Below, piece by piece: positions 1-13,302 of a stretch of 64,000 nt of DNA; positions within the stretch are counted from its first letter, which is position 1, and each line of letters begins with the position of its first letter. The stretch covers positions 496,001-560,000 of the forward strand of contig CAJFCJ010000017.1 of NCBI GenBank assembly GCA_904063045.1, given 5' to 3'. The position numbers were made by a program, and so were the translations under genes. The notes under the pieces are model-generated. The model worked only from the letters and a program-made list of their open reading frames with translations. It was not told the origin of the DNA and did no database searches. The DNA comes from Dimorphilus gyrociliatus. Taxonomy: Eukaryota; Animalia; Annelida.

Positions 1-708
1 TTAAGTAAATTTTTATGAATATATCGTATAACTCTTAATACCGAAGCAAACAATGCTATGTGTATACAAGAATTTGGAATTGTTGATCATTGTTCATCGT
101 AACCGAAGGCTGTTAGCGAAAGAGAAATGACAATTGAAATATCAAAAGGTTTTGTCTTTTCTGTAAGTAAACAGTAAGAGAGATAATTTTAGAAAACTAC
201 AATATATATTGTATATATAATATGCATAGAAGAGCAAACTGATTATTTACAACTACTAATATAACAAACATCTATCCGTTTGATAGAAAAAATTGTATTT
301 ATTAATACTTATGGTTTTCTATTTCAGCTACCTGATAGAATACTGAAGATAGGCTGTAATCTATCTTAAGTAAGACGGTAGGACTACTAAAGGAAACAAA
401 CTAGTAAGTTAGAATGGACAGAATTTTTCGTATGTGCGAAGTAAGACCTTCGGTGGATGCAAATTTCGTAAACTTAATCAGCAATCGATCGCCCTACCAC
501 GCTACTCCTACCAAGAATGAGTAAAGGAAAGAAATTAGGAAATATACGTGACCTCCAACTGAACTTGTTCTCTTTTTTAAGATAAAACTTATTATCCTAT
601 TTTTTTTTAAATACTTTCTCTCTGATCATTGAACTGGAATAATTAGAAAGAGATTTCACTATTAATCCCTAACGGAGAGCGAATAGAGAGAAAAAAGGAG
701 AAACTTGC

Positions 709-2043
709 TTTTATCGATCCTAAATCTTTAAATTCCACTCCATTCCTCTTCCAAATGATTCTTTTCCCTCTTTTAATATCGCAACTCAAACGAACGTTGC
801 TTCCTTCTTTAACAGAAGTTTTAACGTGCGTCAAAGATGGATCTATATAAGCGTTTAAATCGAATGCTCTATTGAATTCTTCTTCGCTAATTGTTCCATC
901 TTCGTTGAGATCGTCGTACGTGATTAAATCCAGCAAAGTACACGAGGAAAAGCTATCCTTAATTTCTAAATTTATTTCGTTCTCTTCCAAAACACCATTA
1001 GAGTTTTTGTCCAAATCCATAAAAACTCTTACTCCACCATTCGATAGACAATCTTCGTTGCACAAACGTCTGAAAGCGTCATCCTTGAAACTTTGAAATT
1101 CAACGCCACACGAAGGCAATTCTACAGCAAATTCTGAAAGAAAACAAAGGAGAATGCATTATTCATCAATTTTCTGCAGTACATTCAATACTTTCTAAAT
1201 AATAACCCTAATAAAAAAGAAAATAGAAGGCTAATAAATAACTTTTTCTTATAATTTGCGCAATAAAATGTATTTTTTCCGAAATGACGCCGCTGGCTAT
1301 AACGTAAAAGGCGTTTTTTTCTTCCATAATTTGGATTGCTCTGTAAGACGAATTTATCGATCTTTTTCTATACATTATCTCTAGTTTGAAAGACGCCCAT
1401 CAACTGAATATTTCACGCTGTATTACATCTCAAAGGTGTTGTAAGACATTCCCCTATTTTATCTATATGCCAAATCAAATACACCAATTATCGGGAATAT
1501 CTACTGGAAAAATTGATATTATTGATCTTTTTATACAAAAAAAGAGACGTCTTTTTCTCCATTACTACTCCTTTCTCCGCCCCTCGCCCGCTTTCAAAAA
1601 GAGAAGAGAGAGCTGGTAGTAGTGTCAACTGTTAAAACCCGCCTTTCCTCCCCGTATTCTATCGAGAGCGAGAAACGAGAGGATGGGGGCGTCTTTTTAA
1701 AGACTAATCAAATAGATTTTATTGAAATAGCATTCAATAGCCCAACTACAGTTAGTAGGGACGGAAAAAGATAAATAAAGAGGGAGAGAGAGGGAGAGAT
1801 CTATATTATATACAATAGACTATTTTTAATTCATACAAAGACAATAATAAACTAAATGAAAAGCACACTTTATACATAAAAGATGAAAAGTTATATCTAT
1901 AAATATAAGCTTTTCAATGTTTTTATTGTCCCTTCTACCTTCCTTTCAATTCTTACTTTTCGTTCTTTTCGAACAATTAAGGGAAGAAATTATCAGTTTT
2001 CTCCTTTGAAGTTAAATAGAATAAACGGAGAGAAAAGGCATAA

Positions 2044-2075
<32 letters not shown>

Positions 2076-3358
2076 AGGAGGAATAGGAAGATAGAAAGCG
2101 TTGCTTCAAATTAATTATATTTCTAACTAATTCTAGTCGTTTAGTAGTATTCCTTTATTTTACTTTTATAATTCTTAAGGATTCTTCTTTGCAAGTTTGA
2201 AAGTCTTTTCTAACTGCTCTACTGTTTCTTTCTTTGTTCTATTGGCTCTGAGGCAAACCAAGTAATGAGGTATATTAATGATTAGGTTTTTTTTAGTAAG
2301 AAAGAAATAAATCTTTTCTAATTAGCAGTAATAAGCTGATTTTCTATTTTTATGTGCTGCGTCCCTCCCCCCTCCCTCTCCTGTCTTCTCCCTCCCTCCC
2401 AAAGAAAAGGAACATTCAACTATTAAGTACACAACGTACTTTAATTAATACTTTATTGTTAATTGACGCTTTAAGCTTCGGTTAAATGAGGATTTATAAA
2501 GAAAAAGTAATGATGAAAAGAGATTTCAACACCTTTCTAAATTGTAAACAACTATTCAGAAATTGGACACTAATTGTCAGCAAATGATTTATGTTTGCTC
2601 TTTTGTAAATAACGAGCAGCGTTTTCCAGCTGCCTATTGTAGTCGCTCCATGTATTATTAATTAACTTAAAGCTTTAGGTCGTCTGCATTATTGCTGTAG
2701 CACTTTGCAGCTTATGCTATTAGCCGATAGCTTTCGAGAGTTGGGAATTTATGCATTTATTCCGTTTTATAAGAGAAATTCAATTTTTTACATTAGAATA
2801 GAGTATGCTAAGCGTAGGGAAAATATTTTGGCAGTCTCAACCATGTGATAATAATAAAATCCTAGTATTATTAGACTAGTTAATTTTCAAAGAGTCTGAC
2901 ATTCGTAATAATTTTTCTATATCAGTAAATTTATAGGCGAAAAAAAGGGCAACTAGCTCTCATCAACAAAGGACTTTATATGGGAAATAGCGTCAATTAC
3001 CAATTAGGGAATGATCGAAGTAGGGTGAAAAAGTATATAACAGAGATAATTTCTTTCTCAAGATCCTTGAACATTTCATAAATAGATATTTTAAATAGAT
3101 GGAGAAGAAGGTATGCATCTACTCTGTTTACAAAATATGTATATAAATCCAAGCGTTCCTTGAGTTCTTAATTAGAGATAACAAGATGATGCTTTAAGCC
3201 TTTAGACGTATACGAATTGCCAGCGGCTAAATTCTAGTAATGATAAGCCTCATTAATTTATTTATAAATAAAAAAAACCTTAGTAAGTAATGGATGCTTT
3301 AAATATTTAATATATTAAATATATATATTGTATATAATCTATATAAGTAAACTAATTA

Positions 3359-3401
<43 letters not shown>

Positions 3402-4475
3402 CTAATATAAACACTTGAATAGGAGAATTTATGCTAATTTGTTAATTAGCTTGCTAACTTAATAAATTCATAGGTTGGTTAAAGCTATAATAATTCCGAA
3501 TGGATTGAACTAGTTCCTTGGACAAAGGTTGAATGAAATACTATATGCCAATTATTGATTACTTTTCCTCTTTTTTTAATAATAAACATTGGCTTATATG
3601 AATATAAAAAACTATCTAATGAAAACTATTATTTAATGCCATAAACTGCAACAAGAGAAGGCTATAAAGAAAATATGAAAATTATTATATATACATAAAA
3701 AATTTGTGCAGTAGTAATAAAGTCTCATGCAATTTTTTTTTTTTTGCTGTATTGCAGTTTGCATTTAATTTTCATGCTATTTTCTCCCTTAACGTTGTAC
3801 CTGATAATATTCTATATTCGTCTTTAAATATAAAGATATACTGCGCTTCTACTCTACCTTCGAAATGGCTACATAAGAAATATGTATGGGAATATTGTAG
3901 TTTTATTGCAGTCGGCTAATCTATTCAGCACATCCCGACCGCAATAATTCTTACAGATCAACTCGTCGAAACGTCTTTACCGCTTCACTTACCCCGACAG
4001 GCTTTTCCAGTCTGATCGACGCCAATTCGACGACGGGAAACGCAAGCCGTCCTGTGCAATTCGCAGTGGCTGGTATATTCGATACCGTCCGTGCCACAGA
4101 CTTTCTTTTGTCGATCTTTACAGAAATCCGGGCCGCCACAAACGCATTCGGCATCACCAACTGTATTTATATGGCAGTAACGTCCAATACGGCAAAACTT
4201 GTGACGGCATTTCTCTGCAACATTGATTTAGAGTTTAAAATATTGCGATATATATGTATATAATGCTGCCATATAATTAGGAATCGATATTGAATTGCTG
4301 AAACGTTGTTGATAAACGTCACTTCTGACTCACCTGATTCTTCGCTCTACAGGGAAATTGCAGGGGAAAAACAGAATAGATGTCTATATTATTCTCGTCG
4401 ATTAATTAACACTCATACCTGATAAGCCGCACAGAAGGCAAACAACACAAATTGTAATATAATTGTTACTTTCAT
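709..4475 (-). CDS. Follistatin-like 4/5-type secreted protein (signal peptide, follistatin/Kazal, EF-hands, Ig); 5' part only, 3' end unresolved or off the left edge
   Basis: Exons read by eye: 4475-4419 (MKVTIILQFVLFAFCAAYQ), 4346-4334 (13-nt microexon), 4214-3993 (CRHKFCRIGRYC...VCGTDGIEYTSHCELHRTAC, Kazal/FS), 1133-709 (DLDKNSNGVLE and DDLNEDGTISEEE EF-hands, then VRLSC...IIWKRNG Ig start). Phases are consistent. The Kazal-EF-Ig order matches FSTL4/5, not FSTL1. Confidence 0.8.
3362..3400. repeat. (AT)n microsatellite
   Basis: Perfect AT run in an intron of the FSTL-like gene. Confidence 0.95.
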
Positions 4476-6336
4476 GCTCTCATCCTGTTCTACGCCGTCC
4501 TTGTAAAAGGCGTCTATAGACGCTTTTATGGGTGAGTTTATTTAGATAGGGGTGTCGACTGATAATCATAGTTATTACGGTGACGACTCGCTTATTGGTG
4601 ATGTGAATAAACAACCGTAAAGCTTTTTTTCCTACCCATAATTTTTTTCCAGTATTCTTTAAAGCGTTTTGGCTCTTTATTTGTTTCCTTTTGTTTTTTA
4701 CATGAAACAGATGTATTACGCTGCCTGAATGGGCGTATTTACTATTGATACGGCATATGTTTTCTTTTTTAATGAATTGTATTTAATGCATGAAGTCTAT
4801 ATATGTAATGTAAAGGAGGAGTGAGATATCAATAGGTGAATAGATTATGCCATGATATTAGATTGATTTAAATATAAATATAGTATACCTATATAGGAAT
4901 ATGGAGGTAAAGAAAAGAAGAGATAAGGATAGCGACAGAGCGAGAAAGAGAGAGAGAGTGAAAAGGGGAGAAATAATTGTTTAACAATAATATATATACT
5001 GTATATATATATATTCATACAAATCCTCAATCCATAAATGTATATATAGTATACAACTGACTGTTAGCTTGTGAAATTCAATTACGCATGGTGACTGACG
5101 CCAGCCATTGTTTCATTAGGAGAACATTCATATTTTATAGTTTTTGATCGTTCTTTCCTTCAGATTGTTAACGACTTTTTGATGAGTTACGTGTAACTTG
5201 TCTCCTTTTATATATACTCTCATTATATATAGATATATGACTATTTTTTTTCATTAAAAACAAAACACAATGGACTTTCTCTTTGTTGTTGAAAAAAAAA
5301 CCCGCTTCTTAGATTCGCCAGCGCTCTCTATTGGATTTCTTTACTACCTGGACGGATGTATTTCGCTCCTATCTCTCTTTTTACCTCTTGCAAGACAATC
5401 CGCACGAAACGCCATCTAGTAGAAATAAGTGAAATTAAATTTCTACTTGGTCTCGATTAACGTTGATAAAGGACATTATTTGTTGGAAAAGAGGAAATAG
5501 CTTGTAGATAATTTACGAAAATTATTTTAAGTATTAAATATTAAATATTAAATATTTCATGACAAAAGTGTATCTAGGAACGGGGAAATAAATGATGAAC
5601 TGTCAACAAATGTGATGAAGAATAGATCATAAGCTGGTGGTAAAAGTTGTCTTTTTTTTTTAACTATAAACTCTCTGCTTTTCCATGGTCAGCGGGAGCA
5701 TTTGAAAAATTTATGAATAATTCAATAGGTTTGGTCAATTAAAAGAGCTAATTTAATAAATATTTAAAAGGTGTTCTTATTCTATTCAAACAAAGTCTTG
5801 AACAATTTTTCATAGAGCCCATAATTAACCTATTGTAAGTAAATATTTGTAGATTTTTCATGACTTGCTCCTTAAGTTGTAGACATTTACTTTTGCTATC
5901 TTCTTTCTTTTATTCTATCCCTCGTCTCTCTCTCTCTCCCTTTCCTTACATAATAAAATATTTTTTCCATCAATTTTTCATCGAATCCTAACCAATAGAT
6001 GGCGTATTATTTCCGAAAGATAGTTTGTCAAAGAATAGTAAACGATAAAGGCTAAAAAATTTATAACTAAGATTTTTTCCCCTCAATAACAAAGAAATAC
6101 AATCTACTTAGATACTTGAATAAAATTGTTTGTCATATAATAATCAAGTTTGGAATAAATTTCCTGCAATAACAGCGTTGTGTAGTCTTTTATTTGTTCA
6201 GAGATAGTTTCGCGTAGAATCAGAGTAAATATTGATGAGTAAATTTGGAAGTTTTATAGATAGGCTAATCAGCTAACCTTTTTTCTTTCCTATGAATTAT
6301 ATAGTATAGAGGAAAACGATATATATGTATACAGTA

Positions 6337-6367
<31 letters not shown>

Positions 6368-6780
6368 TATATGAATATGTATACATTAATATAAGAACAT
6401 TGCATAAGGTGAAATGAAAATGAATAAACAGGATATTGTTTATAAGTCTTTGAACTACATACTTGCATATTAGTGAAGGAAGAAGACTCTATTTTGTAGA
6501 GTATAAGAATAGATTGGCTTCCATTAGAAACAGACTTAAGATTAATAGCGGGAAATGGTGTTAATAATTGCGTACAAACTTGGAAATAGCTGTTTTAATG
6601 AAATATCTTGTATTTACTCAATAACTGATTTAGTTTAGACGGAGGAGAAGGTGTGAGAAAGAAGAAAACAGGAAAAAGAAAAAGGGTTAAACTAGTCTAA
6701 TCACCCAAAAAGATTTACAAAAACCGGAAATGATCTATCTGCTGCTCCCTCACCCTTCCCTTCCCCTTATTCGAGACAAT

Positions 6781-7146
6781 ATTCGACGCTCATTAATATT
6801 CTCGACGTCCCGTAATCGAACGTCTTCATCAATCCACTTGCCACGAGTCGCGTCATCGTAGTATAAAAAAAGGAAGATAGAAGAGAGGAGAGAAAACACA
6901 GTCAACGCCGCCCTAGACGCCCCCCAGCGACGTCGCGCCAATAAATGCTGTTGAGACGCGTTTGACGCAAGTAGTTTATTATGCTCCTACTCCTCGCTGT
7001 TCTTCTCTTTCCGGGTGTTGGTGAGTGGAAAATTTGCTGAATTTTTTAAACGGATCGTCTAAAACCCGCCATTAGAACAAATCAATTATGCATCTTCGGA
7101 CGCAACGGCGTTATTAGCAACTGGAGATGCTTGTGTATAGGCGTCG
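6781..7146. promoter_or_regulatory. CpG/GC-enriched promoter and first-exon patch of the lectin receptor gene
   Basis: Dense CG dinucleotides and a local GC rise around the signal-peptide exon at 6981-7020. Confidence 0.5.
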
Positions 7147-8316
7147 TCCCTTCTATACTTTGTCATTATCCTCCTTTAGATGATCAGTACATTAAGATGT
7201 CTTCGTCTTCATGTCTTTTTTCATCCTCTCTTTGTTATTAGGAGCACCAAAGTAGAAAATATACTTATGCACGTTTTCATATACAGTTTTCTTTTATACT
7301 TTCTCTTCCGTAGATAATCACTATAGAACAATTACAGTTATCAACTTCTTTCCTCTTTATCATATCTTTTTTAGTGATATTCTCTTTTCTTTACAACTTC
7401 CTTCCGTTCTTTCTTCTAGCTGTCCGCCAACTACTCCCTCATTTTCATTTTTCTTTCTTACGTCCATATCTCTCTACTCCTCCTATTCCTGCTCCGTCTT
7501 CTATTATTTCTGTTACATTTTATTCCCATCTTCCCGCTTCCCTTACCGCTCATCTACAATTTTGACGATTCGAATTATATAGGCGTAGAGTAGCAATAAA
7601 GCCCTATTACGGAAATGGGATTATTCCTATAGGATAACTCTCATCAATTTCTCACATATATCAGTAGTTATAAACAATTTTAGAGAAAGATGACTTATCG
7701 TTCAACTAATGTATTTCCTGTCAATCAATATTAACAAAATTATTTTTCCTTCGAAGATTATCCTTTCTTTATTAATTAAATTAAAATAAACAGATATCCT
7801 TATTAGATTGATAACATAGATTAACCATAATGCATAATTTAATAATATACATTTATGATATGTAAACAGGTATGTACTACTTTCTATGTTGAAGTAAATA
7901 GGCCTATTGTATGTATCTTTGCTAAAATAAAGAATAATAGAGAGAGAGAGAGAGAGAGAAAAAATTAAAAAGAAACGCTTCACAAGAAAGTTTCTTTTTA
8001 ATTTTTTTTGGATATGGAATGTGTTTGTAGAAAAACTTATCCTTTTTTATTTAAAGATTTGTCACTCTCTTGTTATCGTTTCTTATTCTTTTTCTCCTTC
8101 TTCTCCTACTCCGTTGTGCTTGATAGCGTTTCTTTCCAGTTTTGACGCCTAGTAGGCATAATATGTAAAGTGACAATGAAGTTTGTTATTAGCTCTCCAA
8201 GTATGAATAGAATGGTCAAATGGAGTATAATTGAAATGAGATATATAAGTAGTCTATATTTATTTTCTCATCTTGAAAGTTAATATACAAATTTCTAATT
8301 TTGCTATGTGTGAGAA

Positions 8317-8349
<33 letters not shown>

Positions 8350-9512
8350 AAGAAACAGAGACAGAGAGACAGAGACCGTTTAAGAGCGTCTAGATTATAC
8401 CTGTAATATATTTATAGAAAAAGAGGTTTTGAGTAATACACTTATATGACTGTATCTTCAATCAACCTTTTTTTACAGCATCAAACGTCACTGAAGTCTG
8501 TAATGGTGCGACTTGGGACGCTGATTGCGGCCCCAACAACCGTCTTATAATCCAAAACGCTGATTACGGGCGAATGGAAGTGGGTCATTGCGTCAAGTAT
8601 AGCCTCGGTCATTTAGGATGCTCAAAGCCGGTCACGGATATACTTCATAATTATTGTAGTACCAAAAGGGAATGTCATATTAAGATACCAACTAAAGAGA
8701 TGGAAGATCGTAAACCTTGTTTCGGAGAAATGAAAGTATATCTTAGAGTTACTTGGACTTGCCTTCCAATGGTTGAATACTGTAATCCCAAAAAATTACC
8801 CTATTCAGGAATTTTAACAAAAAACTTTTGCAAAACTACAACATTAAAGGCTGGAAAAGGTCAAAAGTTCAGTATCAGCTCTCTAGTTATACAAGACAAT
8901 TCAAAAACAACAAGAATCTGTAAAAGTCACGTGATTATAAATCAAAGAAGATACTGTATTCCAGCAAGTATAGGACTTCACCAGCTCGAAATTGACGATG
9001 CGGAAAAGATGACGATCGAATTTGAGGAGCAAGCTGTTCTAGTTTATTCAAGTAGGGATTTTTTTTTGTTTTATAGTTATACTAATATAAATGATAAGAT
9101 TGAAGAAAATAGCTTAAAACCCGTAATATTCATATATATAATTAATCGGAAATTCATATTTAATAAAGGGATAATTACGTAAATCCTAGTACAAATCTAT
9201 AAAGCGTATATATGCAATATATATATATATATACTAAGGTGTATATACTAGTAGAATTTGTACAACACAGATGAAATAGACCGCCCATCACCCTTTCAAC
9301 CCTTTCATATATAAAGGGGGTGGGAATTGATATGTGACAAGAATCGTATGAATATCAAGATTCTTATAAGCAATATGAAAAATATTTACAAAATATCTTC
9401 TAACGAAACTGTTTACTTTATTTGATTATAAACAAATGATTTAGTTGACACTTTCCTTAAAAAATGTGTATTTTTACATTATTTTCTTCATTTTCTTCCT
9501 CCCTCCCTCCCT

Positions 9513-9557
<45 letters not shown>

Positions 9558-11298
9558 AAATATTAATTATAGTAGATTCTATCTACGTAAACTTTTTAAG
9601 ATGTAGCTATTAATATTTCTCATTTGCTTTGTTCATGTATATATTTACACTTTTACATTATTTTTTATTCATTTTCATAGGTTAGCAGTAAAGTGCAAAC
9701 GTTATAATTAATGATTATAGTATATTGCTCTTTAGTAATAATTAACAAATTTTATTTTTAAATGGACTTATCTCATCTAAGAGTTAATCAGTGATAATTA
9801 ATCCCCTGTTAACCCTTCTTTCCTTTTCCTTTTCCTCCTTCTTTTCTTCTTCTTTTTAAAATCTAAAGTTTACGGTAGAAATAACGAGATAAAATATCTT
9901 TTTTTCTTTTTTTATTTCACCTGTTTCTCCCAGAAGCAGTGTGTTTTATGGCTTGATATTATCAATATCAATTGAATAGACATCATTAAATATTAGAAAA
10001 AGAATAAAACTAGGTCAAAAGGAGACAATGATTTTGTCAATGTTTATTCATTAAGAAGAAAACGCTTTTATACTATTCTTACTAATAAGGGGGCAGCGTT
10101 AATGAGACTATTTTCGACCATTGTTTTCTGTTTTTATTACATTCTTACAAATTCTTCTAGATACTTATCTATCTTTGTAGTATTGGGCTGCGAGACGCCT
10201 TCGCCAAAAGACGGTTTCGTAATTCGACGCCAAGACATATATTTATCGACGAGATGCGAGCAAGACGATCGAATGCATCAAGCTGTCTGTGTCAGAAATC
10301 AGTGGAAAGGTGAAATTGCTAATTGCACTACGCAAGGTACGTTATTACTCTATTTTTCTCTCTGAATTTCGTTACAAGTCTATCTGCTCTTTGCCTACTC
10401 GTATCCATTTCTTATCCTTCCTCCTCCCCCACTTACTCCTCTCACTTCCATCTGTCTAAGCTCTCCATCTTCTCTTTCAATCTTGCAACCGTCAAAAGAC
10501 GTACAATTTTAGATATATAGATATGTATCTAAATTAAAACAGACAGAAAGAAAAATCCTCTGCTCGTTTTAGCATTTAAGCCCTTATACCTTTCCCCTTT
10601 TATCATAATCCCTTTGGCCACCCTTTCCCGTTGCTTTAACCTCCCCTTCCAGGCATCTCTTACGCAAGAGCGAACAGTTCGACGCATACATATTCATAAT
10701 GGGTCGCTCGTCAGGAGCTTTTCGGGCGTACAGCATGATTTAGATGGGGCGTTACTTTTTCCGCAATTTTGCTCCTAACTAACTAGTAAAAAGTACAGCT
10801 TAAAAAATAGGATAGAATAAACTTGAAAGAGCGACAGAGAGAGTGAGAGAGTGAGAGAAAGAGAGAAAAGGATGAGATCTTGTTAAGGCAACGTATATAC
10901 TGTAAGATAACAAAGGTTCAAATACTGCACGATTTTTCCAGAGGGAAGATAGCGCTAAATGCTGACTCTGACCCTATTAGTTTCAAAATAATTAATTTTT
11001 TTACGCCATATTAAAGCCGTTTGAGAAAGGTCCCACGAGCATTATTAACCTTTATAAATTCGGGTCAATAACTAGTATAAAAGATAGTCTCTAAAAGACT
11101 CTTTCCAAAACTAAAAATAGCTTCATTTGTATTGTTAAAATAGTAAAAGGTACATCTATCTTTTCTTTATCTTCCAATTCTCTCTTCTTTATTTATACCT
11201 CTCTCCCTCCTTTACCAGGTTTTCCTAAATGCAATATACTAAAATATATTAATACTTTTCCTTCTTCTCTGCCTTTTTCTGTTTCTCTCCCCACCGCG

Positions 11299-11342
<44 letters not shown>

Positions 11343-13302
11343 CTCCCTCCACTCTTCCTTTCAGAGACTTGCTATAGTCTATTTTTGATAGCGAGAAATC
11401 TTATTTTGTTCTTAAGAATCTATTATAGTACAATACAAACCCATTATCGCGTCATTTTTCTCATTCGACATTGTAACAGGTTTCTTGTCTCATTAAAGCG
11501 AATTATTTTCGCAAATAATTGCCAATAATTGAAAAATTAATAATATGGGAATAAGAATGATAAATTTATAAAGAGGGAAAGAAACTGATAGGGAAATTGA
11601 TGAGAGTTAATTGAGAAGAAGATTGAAAGAATAGGTAAATTATCTTTAAAATATTGATATAGAAAGAAAATACTTGGAATAATTGATGAATAATTCATGA
11701 TGTCATTGCATGAGCTATAATCGCGTAATCAGAATCATAAAAGTCTAGAAAAGTGATTGGTAAATGAAATTATTTAGCCCAGTTGGTATAGAGAATAGTC
11801 GTGTACTCGAAGGAGAAACGTCTGCATGCTAGCATATAAAAAATTAATCATTCTATAGTTAACAAATTCATCTTTCATCATGCCCTTAACAAAAAGAAAT
11901 CATCTTGAAAATGTTGTCTTTAGGGCGTCACTCTTGGCTCTTTTTATATAAATTTCATTGCCCTCAATATTTTCTTTTTTATCGTAATGAAGGAAAGATA
12001 CAAGACAAAAAACAGAAAGGAAAGGAGAGGAAAGAATATATCCTACATATTGTCTTTGAGTAACATTTATAAAAAGAATATAGATTAAGCAAGCATTTTA
12101 TTGTTAATTATTCCTTTACGCTTTAAGAGTTGTTAAAGATGTTTACCATCATGACAGGTTATAGGAAGAGTAGTGTCTTAAAGAGAGAGAGAGAGAGAGA
12201 AAGAGTGAGTAAGTGAGAGTGAGAAAGAAAGAGAGAAAGCAATGGTACTCGTTTTGCCATCTTCCGGGAAGTAATCAAAACAATAATTATCTACATAATC
12301 CACTAATCCAGCATATAGTCTATTAATACAAATCAAAAAATACTATAATATTTATTATATAAAACTCTTGTAATAAGTTAAACAACCAGTTTTAAAAACA
12401 TTGAAAATAGTAAAAGAATATTTTAGATCAAAAGTAAGATACATCTATAAAAATATTCAATAGAACGTTTTAACGGTTTTTTCCTTTTCTAAGTTCCTTT
12501 TTTGAGGATCGATCAATAAAGTATAGGAATAAACAAGTAAGTGATAAGTAGCGGTAGATTTTTTGCTTATATAAACAAAATTCCTTTTTTATAAACGTGA
12601 TGAAGAGTTTGGAAAGAAAGAGAGAGAAAGATAGGTAGATCTAAAATGTTTACACGAATAGAGGATATACGTTTTCATCTATATTTGAAAATGATATACA
12701 AATTAATAACTATGCCCCGTATAATCCTTCCATTCTACAAGTTCTCTAATAACTCCCTTATCCTTATTTCCCTTTATTTTGCTAATTATTGGTTGAATGT
12801 TTCATATCCCTTACAGGCAAGGCCGTAGCCGTTAATGAAGACAAATCGAAAACGGATAAAAGTAAAGTCCCTATCAATTATAGCTCATTATTATTGATCA
12901 TTACGTTTTTCCCTATCCAGGAATTTCTATAATATTAACGGTTGTCGCCGCCGTTCTTATAGCCTTCGTCGCACCATTTGCTGTGTTATGTTACTGTAAA
13001 AGGTATTAATTTTCAATACTTTTTAAAGCAAGCACTCCTCTTTTTTAATTAGACTATGAATATTCATGTATTATGCAAATTTTTAAGTAAAGAGAATTCT
13101 AACTAAGTAAAAGATATTAGCAGAAAAGAACGAGAAGGATTTGTTATATATGTTTTTATCTATTTTCAGGAAAATGAGACTAAAAGATAGTGATATCATA
13201 TACGTTCCTAGAGAGGCACAAAAATATCCAGCGCCATCTACTTGTAAGCACGATAGAATGGATCATATCTACGAATATCCTAATTGGAATAATGTAATGT
13301 AG
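6981..13302 (+). CDS. Type I membrane protein: SUEL/Gal-lectin domain, CUB-like, sushi-like, TM, tail with HIYEYP (~342 aa)
   Basis: Exons 6981-7020 (signal MLLLLAVLLFPGV), 8479-9051 (EVCNG...ADYGRMEVGHC...C...C...PC...YLRVTWTC lectin), 10181-10336 (GCETP...C...C...WKGEIANC), 12817-12861, 12921-13002 (TM ISIILTVVAAVLIAFVAPFAVLCYC), 13170-13302. All GT-AG, 1029 nt in frame. Confidence 0.8.
9498..9551. repeat. Compound (CCCT)n-(CT)n microsatellite
   Basis: Directly visible. Confidence 0.95.

Noticed and set aside
480-640. Possible last exon of the FSTL-like gene encoding a GPI-like tail (SSVGGHVYFLISFLYSFLVGVAW*)
   Set aside because: I could not join it in phase to the donor at 709, and the Ig domain would lack its second Cys. 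The 3' end is left unresolved.
6750-6941. 63-aa minus-strand ORF with a hydrophobic stretch
   Set aside because: It starts at TTG, has no recognisable homology and overlaps the GC-rich promoter of the lectin gene; the hydrophobic run comes from a CT-rich tract.
11775-11786. tRNA-like A box TAGCCCAGTTGG
   Set aside because: No B box, cloverleaf or acceptor stem follows.
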